Part shown: piece by piece, positions 39,210 to 52,595 of the stretch | Numbering within the stretch: the first letter of the stretch is position 1 | How the letters are laid out: each line of letters starts with the position of its first letter | Source of the DNA: Octopus vulgaris | Lineage: Eukaryota | Direction: 5' to 3' | Length of the DNA: 64,000 nucleotides | Assembly: GCA_951406725.2 (NCBI GenBank) | Contig: OX597837.1 | Location: 42,594,001-42,658,000, forward strand | Translations under genes and position numbers: made by a program | The notes under the pieces: generated by a model | What the model saw: the letters and a program-made list of their open reading frames with translations, nothing else | Databases searched by the model: none | Told to the model about the DNA's origin: nothing

Positions 39210-39462
39210 AGGTAAAGCTACCTTCTTGAGTCATGGTGACTCATAAGGCTTGTTTCCTGGTTTCAATGGTGTATATATATTCCCAACCCGGACGGGATGT
39301 CCATCTGTTCAAGGATTACTCATTTTTGCCAGCTGAGTGAACTGGAGCAACATGAAATGAAGTGTTTTGCTCAAGAACACAATGCATTGCTTGGTCCAGG
39401 AATCGAAACCACAATCTTATGATCATGAGACCAACACCCTAACCACTAAGCCACGTGCCTCC
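39210..39462 (-). mobile_element. SINE family C-related, inverted to the previous copy
   Basis: Minus strand GGAGGCACGTGGCTTAGTGGTTAGGG...TTCTTGAGCAAAACAC...CAGCTGGCAAAAATGAG. Confidence 0.8.
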
Positions 39463-39729
39463 ACAGAATGCACAGGCTTTTTAGCTGCACCACAATTTCA
39501 AGCAGCACATATTCAAGAAAAATGATTTTAGTGCATTAAAGAATGTAATATAAACCTACTTTGCATACAGAACCTGGAATGGTTTTTTTTTAGATACTCT
39601 TAGGGTAAAAAAGTGCATCTTATATACCATCAAATATGGTATATTACATAAACTTGGAATAATCTATGACAGCAGACATGAATGTGAGGTTAAGAAGTTT
39701 ACATTGTAGCCATGTGGTTTTGGGTTCAT

Positions 39730-40070
39730 TCATGCAGGGTAAAGAACCCCTTCATCCATGAATGACCATGAGATTGCACCAAGAAAGTTCTCTTCTGAGA
39801 CACAGGCCCAGGCATGGTTGTTTATGGAAGACCAGCATACCCATGCATCACCCATGCATACCAGTCTCTCCTCTCTATGTCACTGATGTTATCCAAGGGA
39901 AAAGTACAGGCCAGTACAGTTTGGCACCAGTGACAGAGCAACTCGTTTCTATAGCAACATGAAATAAAGTGTCTTGCTCAAGAACACAACACACAGCTTG
40001 GTCTGAAAACTGAACTCACTACCTCATGAGTGTGAGCCTGATGCTGATGCCCTAACCACTGAGCCATGTG
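39730..40070 (-). mobile_element. tRNA-derived SINE (family C-like head, different body; also ~8220-8420)
   Basis: cctaaccactgagccatg head. Body ...gtttatggaagaccag...actgatgttatccaagggaaa shared with 8260-8310. Confidence 0.7.
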
Positions 40071-41723
40071 CAAATATATTCTACTACAACCTCAGACTGA
40101 CAAATGCCTTATAAATGAAATTGGTAAATGAAAATGTATATAAGCCCACTGTATATGGATATGTTTGTGCATGCATGTATGTTTTATTTTCCTATTTGTA
40201 TCTTGTGTTTTACATGCCTTAGTGTAAAATAAATGTCACCATTAAGGCAATGAAGTCAATGTTAAACACTGACATGGGTGCCTGCTGCAAAAACAGGTCC
40301 ATCAGGTGAATAGTTTGTCATACAAAAGACCAGGTGAACAAGTATTTTACTGGCAAACAAGGATCAGCAATAAGAGGAGTGTCTGGCCCAAACAGCACTG
40401 CCTCAACAGGTTTTGTCGAACCTATGTTAGCATAGGAAAAGCAGATATAAAAACAAAAATGATGACAGTGGTGACACAAATGGTCATGATGATGAGGCTG
40501 ATGGCGATGACGACAGTGATGACAAAGATGATGGTGGCAACAATGACGATAAGTGTATGAATATAGAAGTTGTAAAACAAGAGAATGAAATCTTATGATG
40601 GAAATTTCTGTTCCCCATTAACCCTTTACATATGTTAATCAATTTCTGAACATGTCACTCTGGCTGTGAGAAAAAAAAAAAAGAAGAAAAACAGAAATTT
40701 AAAATTGTGAAAATAAAATCATGTTTTTTAAAATTGAGTATTTATGCCGTTTATGAGCAGAATGACAATCAGAATCACTTATTGATGACTCCCAATATAG
40801 TTTCAGTAAATCGATTATTGAACAAACTCCTGCACTTAAAGGGGTTCACAAAAGAATTAACTTTTATCACAAATGTTGAAATTACAAAATTGAATTCAAA
40901 CATAGCACGATTCATTCCTTCTCAAAAGAAATAAAAGAACACAGCAATTACGAAGAAAGGGAGGTGGGATGCAACAATGTTTTAACCCAATGCCCTATTC
41001 AAAACACTGCTATGATAATTAGCATAGCATAGCATACCACATACATACACATATATATACGTACATACATACAATATGAAATTGAAATGACTTTTCAATA
41101 GCTGGCAATGAACATTAAATTTAAAAGACACTAATTGAGAAAGCATGCTATTTCATTTAACTTTGTTATAGATGCTGTAAAGATGCACGAAACCAAACAC
41201 AGAAGTCTTTTTAAGAAATTGAAGTCGCAAAAATATTAATTACCGACTCGTTTCGCTAATGTTCCTGCAGAGGCATATTAACACCGTGCTATTCAAATTC
41301 CTTTTTAAAAAAAAAAAATCTGAGACTTGTTGTCTACTTAAAGAAGTTGTAGTCATCACTTTCGTTATGTTAATGCGTAACTAGGTGAATTGCAGTAATT
41401 AGTTACATCACCTTGTAGTAAGTTCGATTCCCATTAGGGTTAATTCATTTTTCTTCAGTCACCCCCAGGATTGATTAAATAAGAACAACTTATCTATTGG
41501 AGTTGCTGCTAATTGGGTATATAATCTTTCTTGAAAATTCTTTGCTTAGAGTCAAAGGCAGAGAATCATTATTATTACTGGCATTGTTATTTAATACAAG
41601 CTACAAGCATTGACGATAGAACTGTAGAAAAGATGGTGACAAAAGTAGCTTACAAGATCTGTACTTCTGTACTAAAGCTTACAATGCTTGTCTCCTCGCT
41701 AATTATACTGCATAAGTGCTGGT

Positions 41724-42036
41724 CATGCCCTCCGTCGTCAACCAGGAGAATTCATCTACGAAGCAATTGCCCCAGCTCCCCTTCAGGGTTGGCGAAAGCG
41801 ATGTGGTGGACAACAAAAAACCTGGCTGATGACAGTCAAGGCTGATCTGGAACCCAACCTAGGCCCCCATATCTACGGCGTTTGCTGCTGGAATAGGGAG
41901 TGGCTGGAGGTCATGTGGTCGTTAGCCTCAAGTCGCCAGGCCTGGTCAGCATTTGTGAGAGATGCAGCATTGAGGATGAATGAAGCCAGCTCAACCCACC
42001 CCGGGTGAATGCTGACAAGTTAGTCAGTCAGTCAGT
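41724..42036 (+). mobile_element. 5'-truncated RTE-clade LINE (RT C-terminus plus (AGTC)n tail)
   Basis: Open frame 41721-42008: GHALRRQPGEFIYEAIAPAPLQGWRKRCGGQQKTWLMTVKADLEPNLGPHIYGVCCWNREWLEVMWSLASSRQAWSAFVRDAALRMNEASSTHPG*. 13-bp TSD CATAAGTGCTGGT at 41711-41723 and 42037-42049. Confidence 0.88.
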
Positions 42037-42039
42037 CAT

Positions 42040-42445
42040 AAGTGCTGGTGTGGTTATGTGGTGAGAAGTTTATTTCCAAAGAACATGGTTCTGAGTTCAG
42101 TTCTACTGTGTGGAACCTTTGGCAAATGTCTTATACTGTAGCCATAGCTGAGCAAAGCCTTCTGAGTGGATTTTGGTAAGCAGAAACTGAAAGAAGACCA
42201 GTGTGTGTGTATGTTTGTATCTCCTTGTTGTGACATCGCATGATAAATGTAACACGGTTGTCACTGTCATACAATGTCAGGCATATCCAATATTCTTTGA
42301 GAAAATGTTGACCATGGTGAAATATTACTTTATGCAAAAATAGAATAGGGTTAGTGACAAGAAGGGCATTTGGCAATAAAACATCTACCTCAGTGAACTG
42401 TCTGACCCATGAAGGCATGGAGAAGAGGATGTTAAAATGATGAGA
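42040..42445 (+). mobile_element. Old SINE with family A head and RTE-like tail
   Basis: tRNA/CORE-like head, then ...gaagggcatt...ctgacccatgaaggcatggagaagaggatgttaaaatgatg. Confidence 0.7.
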
Positions 42446-42524
42446 AAATGGTAGGTATGAAAGGTTCATCAGAAACAAACTTCTCAAAACTCCTGCTTGA
42501 AATGATCAGGTAAAATGCAGTTCT

Positions 42525-42903
42525 GTCATCATTTGAACATCCTTTTTTTTTTCTACGCTTGCATATGGCAGAGGGAACTTGTGAAGACAGATTTTTTTAC
42601 AGCTGGATGCCCTTCTTGTGGCCACACCTAACCAGTTTCCAAGTAAAACGATATTTCCCTGTGTGATGTTGCACAAAAGAAATGGAAATGAAGGACACTG
42701 ACTGCATGACAGTGACACGCATACACACACACACATATATGGCAGGCTTCCTTCAGTTTCCATCTACCAAATATACTCACAAGGCTTTGGTCAGCCCAGG
42801 GCTTTAGTAGAAAACACATGCCTAAGGTGCTATACAGTGGGACTGAACCCAGAACCATGTGGCTGGGAAGCAAATGTCTTACCATATGCCACACCTGCAC
42901 CTA
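42525..42903 (-). mobile_element. Old SINE of the same type, inverted
   Basis: Reverse-complement counterpart of 42040-42445. Confidence 0.7.
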
Positions 42904-43025
42904 TATACTACATAAATGCATTACATAAAATGGTGGGTACCAACAGTTCCTCAAAAGCAAGCACACCTCCTCAAAATTTATACCCTGAACTAGCTGTAGG
43001 GTCATCTCTACAGATTTTCACTTAA

Positions 43026-43247
43026 CCCTTTAGTGTTCGCATTATTCTACCAAAATTAATGCTTTTTCATCCAAATTGTTTTGAACTAATCATGCATTAT
43101 TTTGTAGCTATGAGATTTTGATGAGGTAGCTGTTAATTTTATAAAACGATATTGTAGGGTTGGTGTGAGAGACCAGATCTGGCCAGTTTGACCATAAAAC
43201 AGGCAGAATACTTTTGGCCTGATATGGCCCGTTTAAATGCTAAAGGG
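43026..43247. mobile_element. TTAA (piggyBac/Kolobok-type) MITE, 222 bp
   Basis: TTAA|CCCTTTAG...CTAAAGGG|TTAA. Confidence 0.88.
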
Positions 43248-44649
43248 TTAACACATGACTTATGTGCACTGCTAACACAGTAGTGCATGGTATTGACTTA
43301 TAAAACATTTAATACACCTTGTAACATATTATGGTTGCTTAATGAAATATCGTGTGCCTGCAAGTCATTAATATTTAAATTAATGGGGTCCATATGACCT
43401 GGGGAGGGGCGCTATATAAGATTTGAAAAAAAAATTATGAGCAATATCTTCCTTATTCTTCTATAATACACCAAATATTCTAACATTGTTTTATACAATT
43501 CCTAATATTTAATTCTAAAAATATAATAGCAGTTCTTAAAAATCTAATGGTTATGAGGGTCCACCTGAGTAAAATAGGAATCAAAGGGGTCTATAGGTAA
43601 AAAAAATATGGCTGAGAACCACTGCTCTAAGTGATAGGGGAAACTGTATGAGAAACCAGCTTATAATTAGAAGCAACTGGTTGTAATTTATTTTGTTCCA
43701 AATACTCAAAATCTGTTCAAAGCATCATTTGGCAGTGCATTATACACATAAATTTGTATATATCGTTCTGTGTCTCTCAAACAGCCACTTATATCCAATA
43801 ACAAGACTGAATTGAAATTTAAATAGGAAGAATTATCATCAGAGGACTTCTCATAAACAGAAGTGAACAATGATTACAGTGACATAATGCTGTTAAGGTG
43901 CTGCACTACTGAGCACTGCCAACAATTGTCGCTAGGAATTTGTTTCCTTTCTCCAACTAACAAAGAAATTTCAGTCAATTAAGAATATCTTGCACAGGTG
44001 CAGGCATGGCTGTGTGGTTAAGAAGCTCACTTTGCAGCCACATGGTTTTTGGGTTCATTCCCACTGCACTGCACCTTGCCAGCCAATAATTTGGTAAGCA
44101 GAAACTATGAGAAAATCTATTGTATATGTGTGTGTCTTTGTGTCTGTATTTGGCCTCTGCACTTGCTGGTTCGTTTACATCTCTGTAACTTAGCAGTTTG
44201 ACAAAAAAAGACTGATAAAATATGTACTAGACTTACAAAAAGTAATTCCCCCGTATTACATGTTGGTTTGTTTACATCCCTGTAACTTAACAGCTCGACC
44301 AAAAAAACGTCTAACTGAATAAGTACTAGACTTAGGAAGGGCATTCAGCTGTAGAAACACTGCCAGACAGCCCGGAGCTTGGTGCAGCCTCCTGGCTTCC
44401 CAGACCTCGGTCGAACCGTCCAACCCATGCTAGCACGGAAAACAGACATTAAACAATGATCATGATCATGATGATATTGAGTTTGTATTGTGAAACCCTG
44501 CAGCTTTCAGTAGTGTGAATTAAGAGCTGAATCAACTAGCTTTACCTTTCATTAGAGATAAAGTTTCATTAAAGATAGCCAAAGTTCACTCAATTTTCTC
44601 TTGTGTTCCAATCTGCCAGCATTTTAAACCTGAAAGCACTGAGGTTTAA

Positions 44650-44871
44650 CCCTTTAGCATTTAAACCGGCCATATCCGGCCAAAAGTATTCTCCCGTGTT
44701 TTATGTTCAAATTGGCCATATCTGGCCTCTCACACCAGCCCTACTATATAATTCTAAAAATGAATAGTTACTTCATCAAAATCTCAAAGCTACAAGATAA
44801 TGCAGGGTTAATTTAAAACAATGTGAATAAATAAGTATTACTTTTGACAGAATAACGTGAATACTAAAGGG
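44650..44871. mobile_element. TTAA MITE, 222 bp, inverted copy of 43026-43247
   Basis: TTAA|CCCTTTAG...CTAAAGGG|TTAA. The interior is the diverged reverse complement of the first copy. Confidence 0.88.
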
Positions 44872-44943
44872 TTAACCCAGGAGCTAACATCACAGCAAGA
44901 CTACATATATTTTTATTATTAAACACAAGGTTATGAAAATGTA

Positions 44944-45302
44944 TACTCTTTTACTCTTTTACTTGTTTCAGTCATTAGACTGGCCATGCTGGAGCACCGC
45001 CTTTAATCGAGCAACTCGACCCCGGGACTTATTCTTTTGTAAGCCCAGTACATATTCTATCGGTCTCTTTTGCCGAACCGCTAAGTGACGGGGACATAAA
45101 CACACCAGCATCGGTTGTCAAGCAATGTTGGGGGGACAAACACAGACACACAAACACACACACGCATATACATATATATATACATATATACGACGGGCTT
45201 CTTTTCAGTTTCCGTCTACCAAATCCACTCACAAGGCTTTGGTCGGCCCGAGGCTATAATAGAAGACACTTGCCCAAGGGGCTGCGCAGTGGGACTGAAC
45301 CC
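44944..45302 (-). mobile_element. SINE family A, 5'-truncated at the B box
   Basis: Reverse complement of the 38480 copy. Confidence 0.9.
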
Positions 45303-47110
45303 ATAAATACATATTAATTACAATATATATATAAGTATAGAGAGAAAGACAAATGTGCAGAGTTCGGGCAGGAAGGAAGTTGAATACAGAAAATACGATG
45401 TCATCATTTGTACATTACAGTACTGTTAATTAAACGATGTACTTCAGCATATTCAGTTCATGAGTATAGTTTACAGTTTTACAGTTATTTATGAGATGGA
45501 GGAGATAGAAGACTTTCAAGGTTAGAGAGAAATACAATCCAATGGATACAATGTGATTTAAATAACAGGCTTAAAATCTAGCGGTAGGGAAGAATAAATG
45601 GCCTGTCAAAGAACAGGTTAGAATGAATAGAAATGGGAGTGATATCACACGTATTTCAATTGTGTATGTGTGGAAGCTTTTTGTAGAAACTACATGAAAG
45701 ACCAAAGCGGTACAAAATAGTCTATCAGAAAATATGCGTGGCACACTAGATACAGAGGGGGCCGCACAGCAGAAATAGAAGAGATGTATCGTTCTTTAGC
45801 ATCGAATCACTGTATTTATAGAAACTAATAGGTTCAGTAGAGAGTCAGGCAAAATACTTAGGAAATATTTATTTGGTGTGTGTGTGTGTGTGTGTGTGTG
45901 TTGTGTGTGCGTGCATGCACATGTTTGTGTTAGAGAGAGAGGTAAGTTGTAGGTGTTTAAACTAGTTGTTTAGCTCCAGGTTAACCTGACTGGGCAAACT
46001 TGTAATAAAATAATAATCCTCAAACAGTGACCATCACACATTTGTGTTTGTACGATATAATGTAAGACTACATTATGTAATGTATCCGTCTTTTCTAAAA
46101 TGAAAGCATGCAATTAGAGTAAATTTAATAAGCTGACTTTGCTGTAGGGACCTTCCTTGTCACCGCTAACCAGTATTGTGCCCTGGTTTAAATAAAGATG
46201 TCTGAAATAGGTACCAGACTTAAATAAGTACTAAGGCTTAAGAAGAAGAAAAAAAGTTGATATGACAGTTTAAGATCCTTGAAGACAATATCCCCATGAT
46301 GGCCACAGTCCAATGACTGAAGCCAGTAAAAGAATAGGTAAAAGAACATGTTAGCAGCAGCAGCAAGTCTATTACTTTCTGAGTAATAGAAGTAATCAGC
46401 TTTTTCCATTGAGAATATGAAATGGTTGAATCCAAGCTAACTAGTGATAGATGGCTTTGTGTGCGCAAACAGTTCAATACAAAAGCAGAATAAATTATTT
46501 TGGGTTTTACACAAAAGGGTTTATAAATATCACAAAAAGTGAAGATTATATGATTTTTTAAAATTATGTTTCTATTGAGATAGGTATTATGAAATATATA
46601 TATATAAAGTAAATTACAAACTTATGAAATTCATAATTTTTATATATATTATAAGGTTTGTGCTAGTTTTGTATTTATAACTAGATATATGATATTTTTA
46701 ATATTGCTTGCTTTATTATTTAAAAAAAAATTATATTATTTCTCAATGACATTTTTTCATAGACAGATTTTGTAAGTATTTATTTAGAAGACATTAAACT
46801 GCTATTTTATTGAGAGAAATCTAACATATTCAAGCAAAGCCTCCACAGGTTTATAATAGTGCTGAATTCTGGTGTAGGTGTAACTGTGGCCTAAGCCATT
46901 TGCTTTCCAATCACATGGTTTCAGGTTCAGTCCCACTGCGTAGCACCATAGGCAAGCGTGTTCTACTAGAGACTCATGCTAACCAAAGACTGTGACTAGA
47001 CTTGGGAGATGGAAACTGAAAGATGCCCATCATGTGTGTATGTGTGTGTGTGCATGTGTTACTGTCACCACCGCATGATAATTGTCAATGAGTGTCACAG
47101 TCATGCTCCT

Positions 47111-47540
47111 TGTTTCCAATCTTTCGGGGTCGATAAATTAAGTACCAGTTATGCACTGGGGTCGATGTAATCGACTTAATCCCTTTGTTTCCAATCTTTC
47201 GGGGTCGATAAATTAAGTACCAGTTACGCACTGGGGTCGATGTAATCGACTTAATCCCTTTGTTTCCAATCTTTCGGGGTCGATAAATTAAGTACCAGTT
47301 ACGCACTGGGGTCGATGTAATCGACTTAATCTCTTTGTTTCCAATCTTTCGGGGTCGATAAATTAAGTACCAGTTACGCACTGGGGTCGATGTAATCGAC
47401 TTAATCCCTTTGTTTCCAATCTTTCGGGGTCGATAAATTAAGTACCAGTTACGCACTGGAGTCGATGTAATCGACTTAATCCCTTTGTCTGTCCTTGTTT
47501 GTCCCCTCTATGTTTAGCCCCTTGCGGGTAACAAAGAAAC
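47111..47540 (+). repeat. Five 75-bp tandem units derived from family B SINE core, followed by the SINE tail
   Basis: Units start at 47111, 47186, 47261, 47336 and 47411 and are near-identical. Confidence 0.93.
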
Positions 47541-47859
47541 AAATCTTACATGAAAATATCTCAGGACATGGGGGAAATACTACCCTACTCAGAAACAAAT
47601 ATGGGTTGACAACAGGAAGGGCACACAGCTGTAGAAAATCCGCTTCAACAAATTCTGTTGGACCCATGTAAGTCTAGAAAAGTGGACATTAAACCGATGA
47701 CGATGATGACGACTATTATTCCCTACTCCTAAACAATTCACTTTTCTTTCTCAAAATAATTCATCATATTTCGTAAACATTCCAAAGAGGCTGCACATGT
47801 TTATTCCCTCTTGTCATCATATCTGTCATCATATTTCAGTTGAAATACTTTTCCTGTCT

Positions 47860-48190
47860 TCTTAGGTGCCATGTGCAGAATTGTAGGACATAGGCAATCA
47901 TGTCCTGCTACAAGTTCTCTGTTCTTCCCCTTTTCTGTAACAGTTTCACTTCCTGATGTTTAATTACCTCTTTCTTCCAACCAATATGTCAAGTCTGACA
48001 TCCACATCATCCTTCTCCTTCCTCTGCTTCTTTTTCCCTTCAATCTTTCTGGTCATCTGTTAAATTCTCCAGGTCCACTTTCGTCATCACATGACAAAGA
48101 AATCTCACTTGTTTGGCCCTTATCGCAGAGAGCAGTTTCCTATTTACCACAGCAGCCCAGGGCATTACTCTTTCATTAGAGACTTTGAAA
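47860..48190 (-). pseudogene. Decayed RTE/BovB-like LINE RT C-terminal remnant
   Basis: KVSNERV..NRKLLSAIRAKQVRFLCHVMTKVDLENL, then frameshifted KIEGK.SRGRRRMMWMSDL. Confidence 0.7.
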
Positions 48191-48345
48191 TACACCAGTT
48201 TTGTTTCAATTAATTTTGAAGACAATGAAGAATTTAATAAAATAACTTATTTTTTAGAGCTGGTATTTAAGGCAATCCGCTCTGACTCTATGTTCTGAGT
48301 TCAGATTCCACTGAGATCAACTTTACTTTCCAGCCTTCCAGGGGT

Positions 48346-48700
48346 TACTCTTTTACTTGTTTCAGTCATTTGACTGCGGCCATGCTGAGCACCGCCTTTA
48401 GTCGAGCAAATGGACCCATTTGTAAGCCTAGTACTTATTCTATCGGTCTCTTTTGCCAAACCGCTAAGTAACGGGGACGTAAACACACCAGCATTGGTTG
48501 TCAAGCAATGTTGGGGGGACAAACACACACATATATATACATATATACGACAGGCTTCTTTCAGTTTCCGTCTACCAAATCAACTCATAAGGCTTTGGCC
48601 GGTCCAAGGCTATAGAAGATACTTGCCCAAGGTGCCACGCAGTGGGACTGAACCTGGAACCATGTGGTTAGTAAACAAGCTACTTACCACACAGCCACTC
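48346..48700 (-). mobile_element. SINE family A
   Basis: Reverse complement of the consensus. Sits next to a family B remnant at ~48260-48345. Confidence 0.88.
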
Positions 48701-51095
48701 AAAATTGCTGGCCTTTTACCTAAATTAGAATATATTATTAATCTGGAATTTGGAACACAATATAATTTTGATGGAAGGTTTATAATTTGGATCACTTTAA
48801 AACAGGAAGTTTTTATCAGAACCAGGGCCATGTTTCAGACTGATTGATATCAAAAGGGTTATTAAATATGCTATCATCAACTTGTCCTCAATACTTGTCA
48901 GAATCCCAAATCCTTCTGAAAGGTTTCCCCAGTCCACACCTCCTTTTGATTCCTAATTACTTTAGTCCCTACTTCCCTAAATGGCTACACTGGCAATGCA
49001 GACTTACATCCCACTTGGGCCCTACCCCCTTTTTTAGCAACCACCCATACTGGCTCTTCCAAGCCATCTTCCCATACTGCTCCGCATCCTTCTCTGACAT
49101 ACTTCTTTTTATTGATTGTTATCCTATTTCCCCCCAATCTTCGCAGCAACCACTGAACCGACACCAAACATATCAGATCTTTTATCTTTATGATTAGGAA
49201 ATTAGCAAAGCTGCTTTTCTCCAAACTAGGTAAACCCAATATCTAACTCCTCCTAGCTATAAAACCTAATCTTTCTTCTTTTTTTTCTCCCCCATTCCTT
49301 CAGTTCTTTCTGAACATGTTGCTTATCTCTGCGAATTTTATTTACTTCATTATTCCACCATCACGTTTTCCCATTACTTGACTGCCTCCAGCTAGTTACA
49401 AACAAAACTGGAGAATCACTATGTAGTGGCTGAACTTGCAAGAAATTGCAGCCAAATCTACCTCAAAAACAACACCCCTACCATTTAAAAGACAAAAATG
49501 AAGAAAGAACCCTTTGGATAATGTAATCACAGATATGCTATTTCTGAAAACAAGACAAGATGATCATGGCTGGAGTGTTCAAACAGAGTTGACCTGGGGC
49601 TAAACAGCAATAACAATAGCAGGGGAAGATTTTATGGATGCTTAATAAGCTCAAAAATGCTACTAAATCTCCCTCAAATCTCTACCTATAGTATTAAATA
49701 ACAAAATGAGCAAACTGGATAATGTTATCTTCATCAACACAATTTTAATCATGTGATCACATGACCGATCAGGCCATCGGATGTTTTTACACATTGCTGG
49801 TCACAATGCACTGCCACTCTACTGGCTAGGTGAGCAAGCCAACATTCCCCCACCCCCCGATCGAAGAGGGACTAGAGCAACGTGAAATAAAGTGTTTTGC
49901 TCAAGAACACAACGTGTTATCCAGTCTGGTGGTTTTAATACTACAGATGATTTGGAGTAGCAACTAATCTTTGAAATGCTCTGGCTGACATCACTAGTTT
50001 CTGTTCATCATTACACACAAAAGAACTGCAGTGTCCATACCTGTCCAGTTCTTTATTTTGTTAAGGTTAAGATTTTTAGCTTACTTTTTTACCCTTTACC
50101 GGTTTTAGTCATTAGAGTACAGCTGTGCTGGAGCATAGCCTCCAAAGGTTTAATCACACAAATTGATCCCATTTTTTTTTTTTTAAGTCTAGTACTTATT
50201 CTATCAATCCATTTTTTGCTGAATCACTAAGTTAAGGGGACATAAATTAACAAATACCAGTTAACTTAGCAGTTCAGCAAAAGAGACTGATAGAATGAGT
50301 ACAGGGCTTACAAAGAATAAGTCCCGGGGTCGATTTGCTCGACTAAAGGCGGTGCTCCACCATGGTACCAGTTGTCAAGTGGTGATGGTGGTGGTGGACA
50401 AACACAAAGATAAATACTTATCTATGAGTTTCTTTCAGTTTCTATCTACCAAATCTACTCATTTGGCTTTGGTCAGTCTGAGGCTATAATAGAAGGCACT
50501 TGAATTGAACCCAGAACCAGGTGATTAGGAAGCAAACTTCTTGTCACACAGCCATGCCTGCACCTACATTCCTACAAGTGCGCCCTAGAAAATGGTTTTG
50601 GACATGTCAGAATACATATCCTTAAATGCTCTCACAAAAAAATGGGATAGTCACAGCTGGAAAAAAAAACTGTCATCATAGTTCTTCTTAATCAGGGCTG
50701 ATCTGAGGCTAAACAAAACAACAAAATGATGGCTGTGAAATTATCATTCCCTTAATTTAACATCCACTTCACTTGCATGGGCCAGATGGAATTGAGGCAG
50801 GTTTTCTACAGCCCGATGCCCTTCCTGTAGGCCAACCCTCACCTATTTCCAAGTGGTGTAATATTCATCACATGGTTACACATTTTTCATGGAAGACTGG
50901 TAGCAAACAGTGCTCACATACAACGATTACATGATGTCAAGGCAAAGGAATACACAAACGCATATGACAGGTATCCAGTTACAAGGCTTTGGTTAGCCTG
51001 GGGCTACTAGAAAACACTTGTCCCAAAGTAGTACAGCAATGGGATCGAACCCAAGACCACGTGGGAAGGAATCAAACTTCTTAACCACACAACCA

Positions 51096-51506
51096 CTCTG
51101 TGTTTAGCTCCTTGTGGGTAGTAAAGAAATAGGTATTTCATCTGCTGTTACATTCTGAGTTCAAATTCCGCCGAGGTCGACTTTGCCTTTCATCCTTTTG
51201 GGGTCGATAAATTAAGTACCAGTTACGCACTGGGGTTGATGTAATCGACTTAATCCCTTTGTCTGTCCTTGTTTGTCCTCTCTGTGTTTAGCTCCTTGTG
51301 GGTAGTAAAGAAATAGGTATTTCATCTGCTGTTACATTCTGAGTTCAAATTCCGCCGAGGTCGACTTTGCCTTTCATCCTTTTGGGGGTCGATAAATTAA
51401 GTACCAGTTACGCACTGGGGGTCGATGTAATCGACTTAATCCCTTTGTCTGTCCTTGTTTGTCCCCTCTATTTCTAGCCCCTTGTGGGCAATAAGGAAAT
51501 AAGAAA
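51096..51506 (+). mobile_element. SINE family B multimer (partial unit plus 2 units)
   Basis: Junction AAAGAAATA|GGTATTT occurs twice (~51131, ~51315). Confidence 0.88.
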
Positions 51507-52406
51507 TGTTAGCATGCACAACTCTGCAAAGAACCAACATTTAAATCTAGGTCCAGGATAAGCTTCTTTGCAACACACTTCAATTTTAGCATTCTAGTCA
51601 TGTTAATCAATTCAGTGAAAACCCTACACACCATCTCCACCCCCACCCCCCCAAAGAAACACACATTATTGTGTATTGAAATACTGTAGAACAACAAACA
51701 GCAGCAAACATTAACACATCTTTTTAAAGTTGGAGTGCAGAATAATGCAAGGAATGTAGTTATATGTATGTAGTAATATAGTTGTCAATTGGGACACACA
51801 ACATAAAGAGTTCCAAAAAGAAAAAAGGTAAAAAAAAAAAGAAACCCAAAGTTTAGATAAATAAGAAATATATTTTGAGCAGTAACTGACAATGACAGCT
51901 GCTGGGCAAAGAAAACAGGGTCTGTCTCTACAGGATTGATATCTTTTTTTTTTTTTGTAGATTTACTCGGCTTTTTTTTATATTTATTTTAGCCATTTAT
52001 TTATTGTATTTTTATTTACTCAGTTGGGTTTCTTTTTTTTTCTTTTCTTAATTTTTTTTTTGTACTTTTTTTGTACTTCTAGTGGAAGATATTATACTTA
52101 GATGTGATTATCTAAGAATGGTAGTGAAGTGAAAAGAAAAATTAAGGAAAGGAAAGGAAAGGAAAGATGACACAGGATGGGAATGAGAAAAACTGGATGA
52201 ACTGGTGGAAGAGATGGAGATGGGAGCTGGAACAGGCTGCTCTAGGACTAACCAAAGAAAGGATTCAGTAGCTCTTAGTCTCTCCTGATCTAGTTTATGC
52301 AAATATAAATGAATGTGAAAGCAGGAAAAAAACACATTTTTGTATATATTTTAAAAAGAAATTTATGTGAATGTGTTGATTATACATATATATATATGTA
52401 TATATA

Positions 52407-52469
<63 letters not shown>

Positions 52470-52595
52470 GTGTGTATATATATATATATGTGTATATATA
52501 TATATATATACGTATATATATATATATATATATATATACGTGTGTATATATATATATATGTGTTATATATATATATATATATATATACGTGTGTA

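Noticed and set aside
47085-47456. 25-aa repeat ORF, or a CRISPR-like array
   Set aside because: Identical 75-bp SINE-derived units without spacers.
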